NCBI RefSeq assembly: GCF_009834535.1
Contig: NC_045697.1
Coordinates: forward strand, 45,448,001 to 45,512,000
Reading direction: 5' to 3'
DNA from: Camelus ferus
Taxonomy: Eukaryota
DNA: 64,000 nucleotides
The position numbers and the translations under genes are program-made. Shown in pieces: positions 1 through 13,050 of this stretch; positions within the stretch are counted from its first letter, which is position 1; every line of letters begins with the position of its first letter. Below the pieces are notes generated by a model. That model made no database searches, had not been told where the DNA came from, and saw only the letters and a list, made by a program, of their open reading frames with translations.

Positions 1-29
1 CTATCTGGATGTTCAAGACATAAGTCTGG

Positions 30-750
30 AGTTTCTGCTTCATAAGCTACTCCGCACCCTTGCCTCCCACCCTCAACCCTTACCCCAGTCTTTAATCGAT
101 TCCATAGGTCAAAACACTTAGCATCATTCTTGAATCTTTTCTTTCTCCTACACACAGCATTCACCCCATTAGCAAATCCTGTTGGCTTTATCATCGAAGT
201 AAGTCGAGAATCCAAACACATCTCACCACCTTCACCCCTACCATTCTAGTCCAGGCTGCCAGACCTTCCTTTCCCCACCACGAGTACCATCACCGTTTAT
301 TTTCAACACATTTTTAAGAAGCTTACTCTGGCTGCTGTAAATTAGATCACCAGACTCAGAACACATTCCCAGGTCCTTACCATCGCCCATGAGATCTCTG
401 CGATGTTCCCCTATCTCTTATACTCCTCCCCTGCTTACCACTCACTCCAGCAGCATCACTGCCCTCCTCACTGTTCCAGGGACAACCTGTGTCCACTCCT
501 GACTCGTGGCCTTTGTCCTTGCTGTCTTGGAGTCCTTTGCCTACAAGAAAACAGTGTGGCTCATTCACTCCTCTTCGTTCCCACCTCTGCTCGATTGACA
601 ATGTATGAGAGAGGCTTTTCCTGTCCACTCTGTCTCACAAAATCACACCTCTCCCTCTCCCTCTTTGTTCTCCCCTCTATTTTTCTTTTCTGTGATTATG
701 ACCACTTGACAGATTACCTCTACATGTGTTTGTGTGTCATTTGTTAAGTG
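30..750 (+). mobile_element. L2 LINE fragment
   Basis: AAAACACTTAGCATCATTCTTGAATCTTTTCTTTCTC...AGCAAATCCTGTTGGCTT...ATCTCACCACCTTCAC are diagnostic of the L2 3' region. Confidence 0.65.
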
Positions 751-927
751 ATGTGAAATTAATGAAGCTATTTTCTAGCATATATCCAGATTTAGTGGAA
801 CACTAACCTGTAAGAGAGGGGGAAGGAAGAAGAAAGGGAGGGAAGGAAGAAAAAGAAAAGAAAAGAGGCTTAGTTAGAACCGTGTCTCAGATGCTGGTCC
901 AAGTGTCCTGTTCTGGCTTTTCTCTAG

Positions 928-1050
928 CCCGCCCTTTTCTGGGATTGACCAAATGATGACCTACAATTTGATTCTCAAAGGAATTGAAAAAATGGATTTT
1001 CCCAGAAAGATAACAAGACGACCTGAGGATTTGATTCGGAGGCTTTGCAG
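928..1050 (+). CDS. PRKG2: PRKG2 coding exon (4th from last), kinase domain C-lobe
   Basis: Acceptor tttctctag|C and donor CAG|gtgaga; 123 nt, phase 2-2. Translates PPFSGIDQMMTYNLILKGIEKMDFPRKITRRPEDLIRRLC(R), matching cGKII. Confidence 0.96.
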
Positions 1051-2066
1051 GTGAGAGTCATTATTAAAAACCCCTTGTTCTTGGGAAAAGTGTGAAGGCT
1101 TCTCATTTCTGCTTCCACACATTTATTTTATTTTTTTCACACATTTAAAACTCAGGTATATATTTACTTTTTGTACTTTTCTATGTAGCCAAATTATATT
1201 TAAAGAAAATCATTTTCTATCTTGCAGTCTATGCCAGGAGTTTGAGTTTACTTCGTATTATGGAAGCACAGAAACTACTTATAGTTCAAAAGAGATGCAG
1301 ATTACTCAGGTCATCGTTGAGAATCGTCTTTGTCTGTTATAGAGGAAAATAGACCACAAACCTTAACTCAATAAAGGAGTAATTTACAGCCTTGTTACTT
1401 TGAGAGAGAATCAGTGGTGATGATAAACGTGTTACTATATGCCCTCTTTCAATCTTCATTTGAAAAAACGTACTGCTCTGGCCTCATTTTAAATTACTAC
1501 TTACCATTAGAAATAATTTATTGGAGAATAGAAGATTTCTAGAATTTTATTTAAACTTCATTTTGTCACTGTTTTTTTGGTTTTTGTGCACATCTGAACT
1601 TTTTAAAAAGCAGTAAAGTTTAGTAAATTTAGAATGTGAAACCTAGCTGTGGGGTTGCCCGCAGAAATTTCTGCCTGCTTCTAAAATTCCAGCTCTATTG
1701 TAAATGATTCTTTAAAGCTTTCCTTGGTTTTCCTAGTAGAGTTGGTAAAATAGCACCATCCTGTTCTTTTAAGCATTTATTCACAGCTTATTTAAAGCAC
1801 TGGGAGATATCTACTATCTATATTCATATCTATCAATCTATATACTGGTATACATATATTTTTCATATTCCTAACTGTAATTTGGCTGTGGATCCCCCAG
1901 GGAGGGCACACATTTTCCATCTCCCTATACTCAGATGCTCCTGGTCTATGAATATTGTTGACAAAATGAATGAATGAATGAATAAAGAAAGAAAATTTGT
2001 TAAATTTTAATGTAAAATTTACTCAAGTATAATTACTATAAACTGACTTGAAAACTTTTACTACAG

Positions 2067-2129
2067 GCAAAATCCAACCGAGAGACTAGGAAATCTGAAG
2101 AATGGCATCAATGACATTAAGAAACACAG
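2067..2129 (+). CDS. PRKG2: PRKG2 coding exon (3rd from last)
   Basis: ctacag|G ... CAG|gtacat; 63 nt, phase 2-2. Translates (R)QNPTERLGNLKNGINDIKKH(R), in frame with the flanking exons. Confidence 0.96.
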
Positions 2130-5100
2130 GTACATAGTTACTTCTCTGCCCAGAAGACTATAGAGATTTGTTTGTAAAGCTTGGTAATCTTGCAGCTTCT
2201 CTCAATATGCTGCAAAGATCCCTACACAGATGCTCAGTTTTTCCTTTTTGGTGCTTTATTTTTAATTTGTGTTTTATTGGCTACAATAACAATGATCAGT
2301 CGCAAAGTGATTTCACTAATGCTGGAAATTCATATCAAGTATGGATGAAGTAATAAAACAAATTATAAATTACATTTTCAAGTTATAACAACTTAGCTTC
2401 TTATTGGCTGCTATCCTTAACTTTTTAAAATATTAACTTGGATTCTATAAAGGAATTAGGTTCCAATTTTGACATTAGATTTGTAATGAAAGTAGGATAC
2501 AGTCAAGGTTGTCAGTATGCAAGAGAATGGGTCAGCAAAATCAACAGTTAAATAGTATTCTATTTAATTGTTAATTAATATTATATATTTAGTTTAAATA
2601 CACTTTTCCTTTGACTGGCTCTCCACAGTTTGAAGCCTCATGCTGTATTTTACTCTTTGGGTAAGGTACATTGATTCCCACGACACCTCAGGCAATGTGT
2701 TATCCTTGGGTAGTAATCTAACATGGACCTTTTCAGGTCTGTGAATTTCTAAAGCTGGCCTTTAAAATCATCAAGAACTCCCATAATGTACACTGTCTGA
2801 TTTGGTTGTTCATATGTGGCTGCTCAGATCTTGGAGGATTTTTTTAATCGATGCTTAGCTAAATCCTGCAGTCTTCAAGATGTTTCAATTTTGCTTACAA
2901 CTTGTGAAATCTCACCTATTGATAGTACAGAAAATAAATGTGAGAATTTTGTTATTGAAAACCTTTGAGCACGCTGCTGTGTTCACTTTCAGAAATGAAA
3001 ACACCTTCCAGTATTTTATTCCTCTCTGGATATATTCACTGAAGAACTAGGGGCACATGAACACAGTGTGAAAATAAAGGGGGAGATGCTGCTGTATAGA
3101 AACGCTCTTCTTTTTCTGAACAGTAGTGGTGCAGCTTCAAAAAAAAAAAATCCCCAAGCTGCCAACCCTGCTCTAGCTATTCATGAACGTTCTTGAAATA
3201 AAGCCATGTATTCAACATTGTAAATTCATATCGCGCTCTGCCTTCAGGATGGATCAGGAAGGGGAGAAGAGGAAAGGAGGGAGGGAGAGATGGAGACAAA
3301 CAGAACATCTGTGGATTTTACAGACATCAAAATGCTTAGTGTATTTTATTGTTCTTTGCCATCCTTTAGATTGTCTTCAATGTAAAGCTTATTCTTTGTC
3401 TTAGATTCCAATTTGTCTTTCTTCCTACATGCTGTTACCACAATTTCTTTTCTCATTATAAAATAACACATAAACACACCATTCGTATTGAACAAACAAG
3501 TGTCCTGTCAATTAAAGTCCCTCTTCCAATGTGTTTTCCTCTTTTGTCTCATTAAAGAACCGTCTTCCTCTTCGTGTTTTGCTCTGGGGCAGTTGGGAAA
3601 TAGAAGTGATGTAATTGTTAACAGGTTCCAGTTTTAGCTCTTACTTCTTATTTACCTGAGGCTCATTTAAATGTAACTGTCAAATTGTGATTGGATGCAC
3701 ATGCAAATTGATGCTAAAGGATTTTCTCACCTCAGCGTGGTAATGAAGAATTTTGAATTTCCTTCCCCATAGGGATTAATCTGCCCACTCTTCTTAACAG
3801 ACAGAGTGTTCTTTGCCAAGTAACTGAAGCATCGGAGCGCAGTGTGTAGGGCAGAGTTCACTAATAAGATGTACCAGATTTACACAGTAGCTTCCGATGA
3901 GCCCGGGGGGCTCAAAGACGTTATTTCACCTCATTTTCATAGTGCTTCTAAGATACAAAGCTGGGTCAGGGAGGTCTGAAAAACAGATCTCTTTCTTCTT
4001 TGAAGTAGGAGTGTTCCAAAACCTTCCTCCAAGGCATGTAGCATCTCTACCAACTATATTCTTGGAATTTAAAAAAAAAAATTCTTTTTTAAGGTTTGCC
4101 ATCAGATTTTCCCACTCTAATTTTTTTCCTTAGAGAATTATTTACTTAAATTTTGTATTTAAAAATAATACAGTTAAACCTGGCATACTGTTCCATGTTT
4201 GTTCAGTCTGTGTTGAATCATCTTTCCTGAAAATAGAGTTCTCCCCTCCTATTTATGAGTTAATTTATAAACTAGGCACCAATCATGTCTCCTAGCCCCT
4301 ATCTGAAAAGAGGGGTCATGTATTTGTAGGGTGTAATTAAATCTTTGCTGCTAGGTGGAGGAGTAATTTGTTTCAAGTCTCTTAATGTTACCTTTAATAG
4401 TTCTAGTCTCTAAAATTACTCTCAAGAATAACTTACAAGTCTTTTAAAAATGAAGAAGCAATTTATGTGCAGTTGCTGCTAATATTTCTTTAGTGAATAT
4501 TTTTCACACACGAGTGCATGCTGGCATTTGGATTACTTAAAATGTGGTTAGTGTCATAAAGGCCAAGTGTTAAGTGAATAGCCACTCATGTTAAGTAAAT
4601 ATTGCCAGAAGTCAAACTGTAACAAGTACTCAGCAAGAATGTATAGGCTCTTTGATTCAGTAGAGTCACAGTAATGATTTTTATTAATATTTATGGAGTA
4701 GCTTCTGGGTAGAGAGCATTGTGAAATATGTGAAAAGGCATTGTGATGATATTTGATGGCAAAAGAAAAGAATCCACAGAACTGCGTGCCTAGAAATCCC
4801 TAACAATGGAGCCTCGATCTGAGCAAAGAAGCTGATGATGGTAAATGGAGGAGAGGGCTTCAGTGGTTTTGCAGCAAGGACAGGGGAGGTCATGCCGCGT
4901 GAATGTCTGTCTGACTCGCACTCTTTGATGAGAGTCTCGGCAGTTTAGACCCACATGGCACTTTGGGTTAAGAATGGCATCCGAGATGGAATGTACTAGC
5001 GCCTCTCTGTTTTTAGTACTTTTCTGCTTGCTAAGCTTAGACCTGGAATGGGAAATCCAGTCAAGGAGTGACCCAAAACGAACTCTACAGGTGGGAAGAG

Positions 5101-7527
5101 ATTGAAAAAGCTGGAAAAGCATAACTTCGAGTACGGTTGACAGGCAGGACTGTGACAGCCTCCTCAAGTCTCCCAGCCTTCAGTACACACCTCCCACCAC
5201 CACCCTGCCCCATTGCGCCCCCCTGTGGTTGTTCTTCACAAAGCAGCCAGAATCATCTTGGGAAAGCACATTTAGATTGCCATCACTTCCTTAGAACTTT
5301 CTAACGGCTTCCCGATAAGCATAAAATCTTGATTCCTTGCTGTGTTCCACCAGACCGTGCAGGATCTGGCTTCTGGTCGGTTCTCAGGCATCATATTGTT
5401 TTCTAGTTTCCCCTCCACCCATCACACTTCAGCTCGTACCAGGCACGCACTTCCATGAAGGCCATGGCCACACATCTTTCCATGGCTTCCCCTTCTCCTC
5501 CTTCTGGCCTTAATTCACATAGCACTTCTGCAGATACCAGCCAAGCTGAAGCAGCGCCTCCCAGCCCACTCCCAGCCCGGTCATCATCTACCACTTGACT
5601 CTCTTTTATCTTCCTAGTCCTTGTTAGTATCTGAAATTAACTGAAGTATTTGTGTTGTTCACTTTTTTGTTTGATTATTTGTCACCTTCTACCAAAATAA
5701 AAATATCCTAAAATCAGGGTCTTTGTTGTTTTTGATGCCTGGAACTAAACTGATTTTCCCTACACTTTTGTTAGCTGGTTGACCTGACCTCAGTGTCCCA
5801 TTGGAAAAGATGAGTGGCTGTGGAACAGTTTTACTCCTTGTTCTTTGTAAGATTCTGAGAGACAGAGTACATTGTTTCTGTCTGGGAGAAGCAAGGCCTC
5901 CTCGCTTCTGGTGTTGCATTTCCAGCCCACCAAGCCTTTGCTGATATGTATCCTAAAGATCAGATCTGCCCTTTTAGACTAATGATTTGGAAGCAATAAA
6001 TAAAAGTACTTCATCCGGCCATCAGCTTAATCCCATTACAGATTACCATAAAGTACCTTTTATCTTGGAGCTTTTTAGATGCATTTCACCAAGAGCATCA
6101 CCACGACGGCGGTGTGATGTTTTACGTTTATGGCAGTTGGAGGTTCTATGTAAGCGTCTTCTCTTGTAGAGTCACTCAGTTATGCAACATACATTTATTT
6201 GATCCCCTATTTGTGCCAAGAATCATTCCGAGTATTAGGGACACAAGAGGAAATAAAATAAGACAAAAACCCCTGCTCTTGTGGAACTTGCCTTCTATAG
6301 GGGAGATAGAAAATAAAGAAGATAATTAAGTCAAGTGTGTAGTAGGTACTTCAGAGAGCAGGAAGTGCTAAGGAGAGAAAATAAAGTAGGGAAGGAGGAT
6401 GAGAAGCATGGGGGAGGGGTTGGGGGGTTGCAGTGTTGGACTGGATGGCCAAAGAAGGCCTCACTAAGACGACGAGCTTTGAGAAAATGCCTGATGGTGC
6501 TGAGGGGACACACCCAGTGGAGACCTGGGGAAAGAGCCATTCAGCTGCAGGGGCCTGAGCGCAAAGGTCTTGAAGTGGGGGCATCCCTAGCTTGTTGGAA
6601 GAATGTTGAGGAGACGAATGAGCCAGGGAGGGAGAAAGAGGAATGTCGGCCGGTGGTAAGGTGGGGGGGAGAGGGGAAGGTGATTCTGTACCGTTTATGG
6701 GTTATAATAAAGGCCTAGTGAAGACTTCACCTTTTACGCTGAAACTGGAAGCACTGGCAGTTTTGAACCAAAGCCGTGATGTGACCTGACTGATGTTTTA
6801 AACGATCGCCCTTGCTAATTGTTTCCCACAGACAAAAGCAGAGGACCTGTTAGGAGGTTATTATAATAATAGTGGCTTGGCCCACGCTGGTAGAGCAAAG
6901 GTGTTGAGTATTTGTCAGGTTCTGAATACCGACGTATTGTGAAGGTAACACTGATAAGATTTGCTTCTGGACTGAGATAGGGTGTGAGAGAAAGGATAAC
7001 TCCAAGGTTTTTGGTTGGAGAAACTGAAATGGCTGAGGCAAGTTTGATAGGGAAAATTGGAGCTTCACTGTGGACCTGACACATGCTAGATGCTCATTAG
7101 ACACGAAGTGGGGAGATGATCGATGGCAGTTGTAGATATTAGCTTGTAAAGCAATGGGGAGGTCTTGGATGGAAACAGAAATTTGGGAGTGACTAGTTTA
7201 TAAATGCTCTTTAAAACCACCGAGCTGAATGAGATTATCTAGAAAGTGAAAGTAGTTTATAAAAGAAGAGGTCCAAGGACTGAGCCCCAGAGTCCACCAG
7301 CTTCACATGGAAATAGTGGGAAATGAGAAAAAGCACCCAAGAAGGCAGGAGGATAACCAGGATGAAAGCACGTGTCAGAAGCCAAGTGAGGAGGGTGTTT
7401 CAGGGTGTGTGAGTGAGGAGCTCTGGCAAATGCTGTTAGTAGTGATATTAAAACTGAGAATTGAGGTGATTGGATGGGATGGAGGGGGTGAAGCCTGACT
7501 GCAGTGTGGCCAGGAGAAAATGGGTAG

Positions 7528-8224
7528 TGTTGACTGAAGAAAACGCACAACCTAAAAGTCACAAGTCATGTTATTCAGAGACCTTACTAAGGACTATAGC
7601 CCAGGAGACAGCCTCTCAGATAACCCTGAGGAACTGTTCCAAAGAAGTAAGGGAGGAGCCAAGATACATAGTAGTTTTTGCTAGAAAGACAACAATAACA
7701 ACAAACAAACCATGTAGTAGGACATCAAAAGATTACTGCCGAAGGGCAGGAGGGGCAACACAGGGGTTGGTGGGTAAGAAGGACAAACTGTTAAGTGTAA
7801 AATAAGCTACAAGGATGTATTGTACAACATCAGAAATAAAGCCAATACTTTATAATAATTATACATGGAGTATAACCTTTAAAATTGTGCATCAGTATAT
7901 TGTACACCTATAACTTATATAATACTGTACAGCAATTATACCTAAATTTAAAAACAAAAAGAAAAAAAAGGATTTCTGTGACTCACAAATTCAGACATCT
8001 CAAGTTAGTGACTTACTGCTTTTCTATACATGGGAAGATAGAAGCATCTGGGCTCCTTCAAATTATTACTTAGATGTGCATCTTAACTCTCTAGGGCCAG
8101 TATCCTGTTTCTCTCCATCCTGAATTCCCCTCAGGGTACACTGTTGGAGGCTGCAGTGGCTGATGGCTTGATGTTGGACAATATTCGTTGTTTACTGGAT
8201 GGCAAGCAACAGTTTTTGTCTGCA
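7528..8224. mobile_element. MER41-like ERV1 solo LTR (cetartiodactyl type)
   Basis: TGTTGACTGAAGAAAACGCACAACCTAAAAG...CAGCCTCTCAGATAACCCTGAGGAACTG...CCTGAATTCCCCTCAGGG...TGCA; TG...CA ends; resembles the remembered MER41_BT/Vpa consensus. Confidence 0.7.
7739..7969 (+). mobile_element. 5'-truncated L1 3' end inserted in the LTR
   Basis: AAAATAAGCTACAAGGATGTATTGTACAAC...GGAGTATAACCTTTAAAATTGTG...A-rich tail; degenerate TSD AAAAGATTACTG (7727-7738) / AAAGGATTTCTG (7967-7978). Confidence 0.8.
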
Positions 8225-8937
8225 GCTGATACAGTGATTAGATTACTCCTTCAAGTTTTCCCCCAACGGGAAAAGAGAAATGGAGGAGAGTCGAAGGGGA
8301 ATTCAGGTCAAGGGAGAGCATTTTGTTGTTGGAAGAATTTCAGTGTTTTCTTACTGATTAGAATGACCCAGCAAAGATGATGTGAAAGATTGAGGAGAGA
8401 GGAGAATTTAAGGAGCATGGCTGAACAAGGAAGTGTCTGCAGGAGCAGGGGCACAGGTGACCTTAGCTAGAGGCAAAGGCAGTTCCTTTATGGTACAGGA
8501 GAGAAGCAGAGCACAGATGTGGGTAAGTAGACAGGGATGCTGGTGGACAGTTGTAGAAGTTCCCTTTTCTGCTCCAATTTTCTTAGTGAAATAGGAAGCC
8601 AGGGCATCATTTGGGAGTGAGGATGGAGAGGAGTTTCTGGAAGTTTGAGGAGAAAGGACAAAATGTGAATTATGAGTCTCAGGGAGTGCGACAGTAAGTG
8701 GTTTATCAGGAAACTCTAGACTGACTGCTGGGCAGCACTGAGTGCCCCCTTGACGTTAGCGGGCATGGGTTTAAAGTGAGACACACACAGATGTGAACAT
8801 GGTTGAATATTTTCCTCCAATAACTGGCAGCTGCATTGCAGGCAGGGAGCAAGCGACAAAATGGGTTGACCGCTAACTTGACATGCTAATAGTTCATCAC
8901 ACGAGTAATATTCGCCTGTTCTTTTCTCATTTCTCAG

Positions 8938-9004
8938 GTGGTTAAACGGTTTTAATTGGGAGGGACTGAAAGCACGGAACCTTCCATCACCTTTACAAAG
9001 AGAG
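8938..9004 (+). CDS. PRKG2: PRKG2 penultimate coding exon (AGC-kinase C-tail)
   Basis: tttctcag|G ... GAG|gtatgg; 67 nt, phase 2-0. Translates (R)WLNGFNWEGLKARNLPSPLQRE. Confidence 0.96.
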
Positions 9005-9254
9005 GTATGGTATCTGCTGTATTTCTCTCTTGATTTTTTCTAAGTATTTGTTTTTATAAACAGATTTCAGGTGTGTGTGTGGGTGTGTAATAGGTTAAAA
9101 GTTTTGAACTAGTTTTTAAATTTAAGTGAAAATCTCATAGCATTTGTGATTATAGGGTCTAAATAGTTTTACCTACTTGATGGACATTAGCTCAGCTCTT
9201 AGGAAACGATGACATGTAAATCTAAGTCTCATGGTAGTCAGCATTGGTCAGGCT

Positions 9255-9550
9255 GACTGCTGGTTATAGAAATATAATGTGCGCCTGTAGATAATTTAAA
9301 ATTTTTCTAGTAGCCATATTAAAAAGAAGTGGGTGAAATTAATTTTAATTATCATAATATGTTAAAATGCTGTTATTTCAATATGTACCCTACACACTAA
9401 TGACTAATACTAATGAGATGTTACATTTATTTTTTTCATACTAAATTTTCAAAATCTCAAGCTGATTTCCCACTTTGAGCACATCTCAGTTCTGAGTGGC
9501 CACATTTCCACTGCTCAGTCACCACACTTGGTTGGACAGCACAGCTCTAG
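9255..9550. mobile_element. MER33-like hAT-Charlie DNA transposon
   Basis: ATAGAAATATAATGTG...AAAATTTTTCTAGTAGCCATATTAAAAAG...GCACATCTCAGTT...GGCCACATTTC...TTGGACAGCACAG. Confidence 0.7.
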
Positions 9551-11065
9551 AGAAAGTAGAACACCTGCCAAGTTGTGGGGAAGAATGTCTCAGGAGTGGT
9601 CTAGTCCGCATCCTACAGACTTTATGCTGTGTTCTCTGTAGCGGACTTTTGAAGATCTGTGTCTTTCTTTGTACATTTTTAGATTGACATCTGATTTTTT
9701 TTTTCATCATAAAAGTTTAAATCATTGTGGAGAATATAATTTCTAGTATGTTGCAAATATTGATATTTTAAAGTAAAACGTTATTGTTACTTCACCCCTT
9801 TAAATATATGCATTGTAATCTAAATGCCATGGCAATTTGAAACTCATCAGTCGTTTAAAAAAATACAGGCAGAAATATTACATCATTCCTTTTCTCTCTG
9901 AACTCTTATTTCCACTTTTCCATTACACGTTCCCTATAAAAGTCCATCCTAACGTAAAAGATTTTTATGGTTGATGGTCTTCTATTGATCATTCTTTAAG
10001 TGCTTTTCAATTTTAGTTTTATAAATTAACATTTTTTTGTGACAACAAAAGTTTTTCTGGCAACAAATATTTCTTTCAGATTCACTTACAATTACGTTTT
10101 TATAGCATGCAGTATCAAACAGCATAAATCTTATAAAAATTTTAAGTAATTATTAAACAAAAATATTTTGAAAAATTATGTAATGAACTTGTAAATAAAT
10201 ATAATTTACTTAGAAATGGGGTCAGACTCCATATAAATTCTATTTCTTTTTAAAATTATTTTTATACAGAGGCAGATACATAATATAAATATATATTATT
10301 TTATATAAAATATATATTATTTTATATAAAATATAAATATAAAATTATTTTATACAGAGGTTAAGAGTTGTGTTTCCATAAATAATGAGAGTTGAGGGTT
10401 TTATAATAGCAATGCCACTTTGGACACCTCTGAATAGTCTCCTTGTCCCCCCAAAAAACACATTGTGATCGATCGTTAATGGTATTGTTAGTGATCTATC
10501 AGCTGATAATTCAGTTTGGTACTACTGAAAATTATTTCAAAGCAAAGAATTGGAAACCACTTGATTTGCAAAGTAAATTATTACCAGAGTCACTTTGCTC
10601 TCTCAACAGGATCACTAATGTTTAAATTTTTCCCTTTGACATTCTGGAGATTTTATATGGGTCAATTAACCATATCAAAATTTAAGATTAGTAAGAAGCT
10701 CTTATAAAGTGGAAGAAGGATTCTGTCTAATTTTGATTTTTTAATATTCCCTTTTAAAATGTTTTCTAGTTTGAAAAAAAAAAAAGAAGACATTGTTTCT
10801 GTCGCCTTTTCTTTCAGAAATAAGTCCTCAGGTCAGGTTGTTCTTATTGAATGTAATTCAGGGACCCAATCCATTTGTTCCAAAGGGGAGATCTCACGAG
10901 TCTAAGAGTGTGATTCAGAAAGGATAACTGGTCATCTTTTCCTTATATGTACCTTACAAGTGGTTGCAGTGTAACATCAGTGTTCAGATGTAGAAAGAAT
11001 CCCCCATATGCACTAGCATGCTTAGTCAGCATTATCCTCACCTCTGGTTCAATCCTGTCTACTAG

Positions 11066-11161
11066 CTCAGTGGACCCACAGATCACAGCTACTTTGACAA
11101 GTATCCTCCTGAGAAGGGAGTGCCTCCAGATGAGCTGTCAGGCTGGGATAAAGACTTCTGA
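11066..11161 (+). CDS. PRKG2: PRKG2 terminal coding exon
   Basis: ctactag|CTC; translates LSGPTDHSYFDKYPPEKGVPPDELSGWDKDF*, with TGA at 11159-11161. This is the characteristic PKG C-terminus SGWDKDF. Confidence 0.96.
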   Translation, partial: LSGPTDHSYFDKYPPEKGVPPDELSGWDKDF

Positions 11162-13050
11162 CGGAAGAGAAGAGGATGACCGCCTCCACTGCACAAGAGG
11201 ACTCTGAGGACCAACAACCCAACCCTGATTACTTCTCTTTGTCGTGTTATGCTATCTTTGGGAAGACCATTAGAGAAAAGAAATCCCTGCCCATGAGCTG
11301 GGAGTGGGAAACAGTGGGTGTGGAGGTGGTTCTGAATGATCACGTCTCATTTAGATGCTGTGAATTATTCATGTATTCCATTCTCTGCTTCTCTTCAGTG
11401 TTGTAGGCTATCCTCTTCCCCTTCCAAAGTCAGAACTATTTCTGTTAAAGGGACATCGTTTGCTCTGCAACCTACTGCTCCGTCCCTTTGTCTCCTTTGA
11501 GTCCTGGTAAGGTTTAAAAAGTGTCTTGCCCTTGAGCAACTAAGTCATTCAAATAGAAGGAAGAACAAGGGTGAATTTTAGAAGATTTCCCCTGCTCTCA
11601 ACCACCTCACGTAAGCATTAGGGCATCTTGAAGTCATGATTTTCAGGAAACTTGGTAGTCAATAGAAGCTCTTGATTTTCACCAGTGTCCAACCTAGAAA
11701 TATATTAATACGCTTCTGATACTAGTACCGGGAAGGGCAGGCTTGAGTATTAGTCAGTGGTACGACTTCCTAACATACATGAGTTCATTCATCTAGCCAG
11801 GTGATTCTGTTCTATTGGGGAACTTAGAAAAAAATAAACAAAGCAAAAAATATTTTTCATTCTCCAGTGACCAGCCATGATACCTCAGCAACTTTTCAAA
11901 AGCCTTGTTAAAGGTGGTTATAATGTGTGGTTCAGTGATGGGCCTCTGGAAAGGTTTGATCTTATGTATGAAATATTTTCACAGTCAAATTAGAGAGCAT
12001 GCAGGAACAAATTGTGAAGGTGTTTCCTTCCCATTAAATATGGAGAATAAATTCTAATAGGTAAGAAGGCTGAAACTCAGCTATTTTGGCCAGTTCTGTG
12101 ATTGTTGCTATTAATAAACCAAGAATATAGAATAACCACAGTTAATTTTTAATGGAAATCCCCTTGGCAAATGTTGATGCACACCCAATCATGGCTGCAT
12201 TAATAACTCTTTTTAAGGACATTTGAGTCATGGGCGTGTTTATAGTTGTAGATTTTAAGGCAAGCAAGCCTTTAGAGAAATGATGGGACAGTAAAGGGAC
12301 TTCCAGCATCTGTCCCCCTCCTGTCTCCTCCTGCAGTCTTCCAATTAATAAATAGATTTGTTTCCATAACATTGGACGCCAGTACCTAAGAACTTTACTA
12401 GTAGGATGTTTTTATGTATTGACCATAATCACTTCTGCAGCCTCCTTCCCAAATGGATGGGAAACAAACTCTCTCTCTCTTTGATCTGGCAGAGTAAAAA
12501 TAATGTCTAAGTTCCTGCATTACTCAAGCTTCTGGTTATATTTTCATATGCTAATGTTCTGTAGGAAAAGCAGCCTCTACCCACACTCCACCCATCTTTT
12601 CAGCATTCAGGGAGTCTGCTATGTGCTTCTGGGAGTGTTGAATCAGATACGTGAGGTCCAACCCAAGAAGATGCATCCTTAACAAATTAAATTTCCACAT
12701 TTAGAATCATTTTGCTGAACCAAAGAATTTTTGTTTCCTGGAGTAGTATTTTTAAAGATTATGCATTGTACATAGAAGAACCATTTTTAATAGGATTGAC
12801 ATAACCTGCTTAATGAATTTCTAAGATTTTTAAAAGATTTTTATTTGCATTTGGTTTGTAGGCACTGTATGTTTTTCCATGTATATATTTTTAAATTACC
12901 CACCTATAAATGGAGGAAAAGTATGTATTGGGTGGATATTAGAACTGTACAGTTATTCTAGCAATGATATTCTCAAAGGTGGTCAATAGTTGTAATTCAA
13001 AAAAGACTTACATATACACAAATAAAAACCAACTTAGAGGACTACAGGTT
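11162..13050 (+). other. PRKG2: PRKG2 3' UTR (end inferred)
   Basis: Repeat-poor sequence after the stop, with several AATAAA. The one at 13021-13026 is followed by GT/T-rich sequence and then a MIR. The exact cleavage site is unknown. Confidence 0.5.

Larger units (their letters stand above)
6185..8870 (-). mobile_element. L2 LINE, antisense, interrupted by a MER41-like LTR
   Basis: Degenerate L2 motifs (e.g. GGTGTGAGAGAAAGGATAACTCCAAGGTTTTTGG, GGTCCAAGGACTGAGCCC) on both sides of 7528-8224. Confidence 0.65.

Noticed and set aside
9600..10440. Possible Charlie-type DNA transposon remnant
   Set aside because: Only a vague resemblance; I could not define termini or family from the sequence alone.
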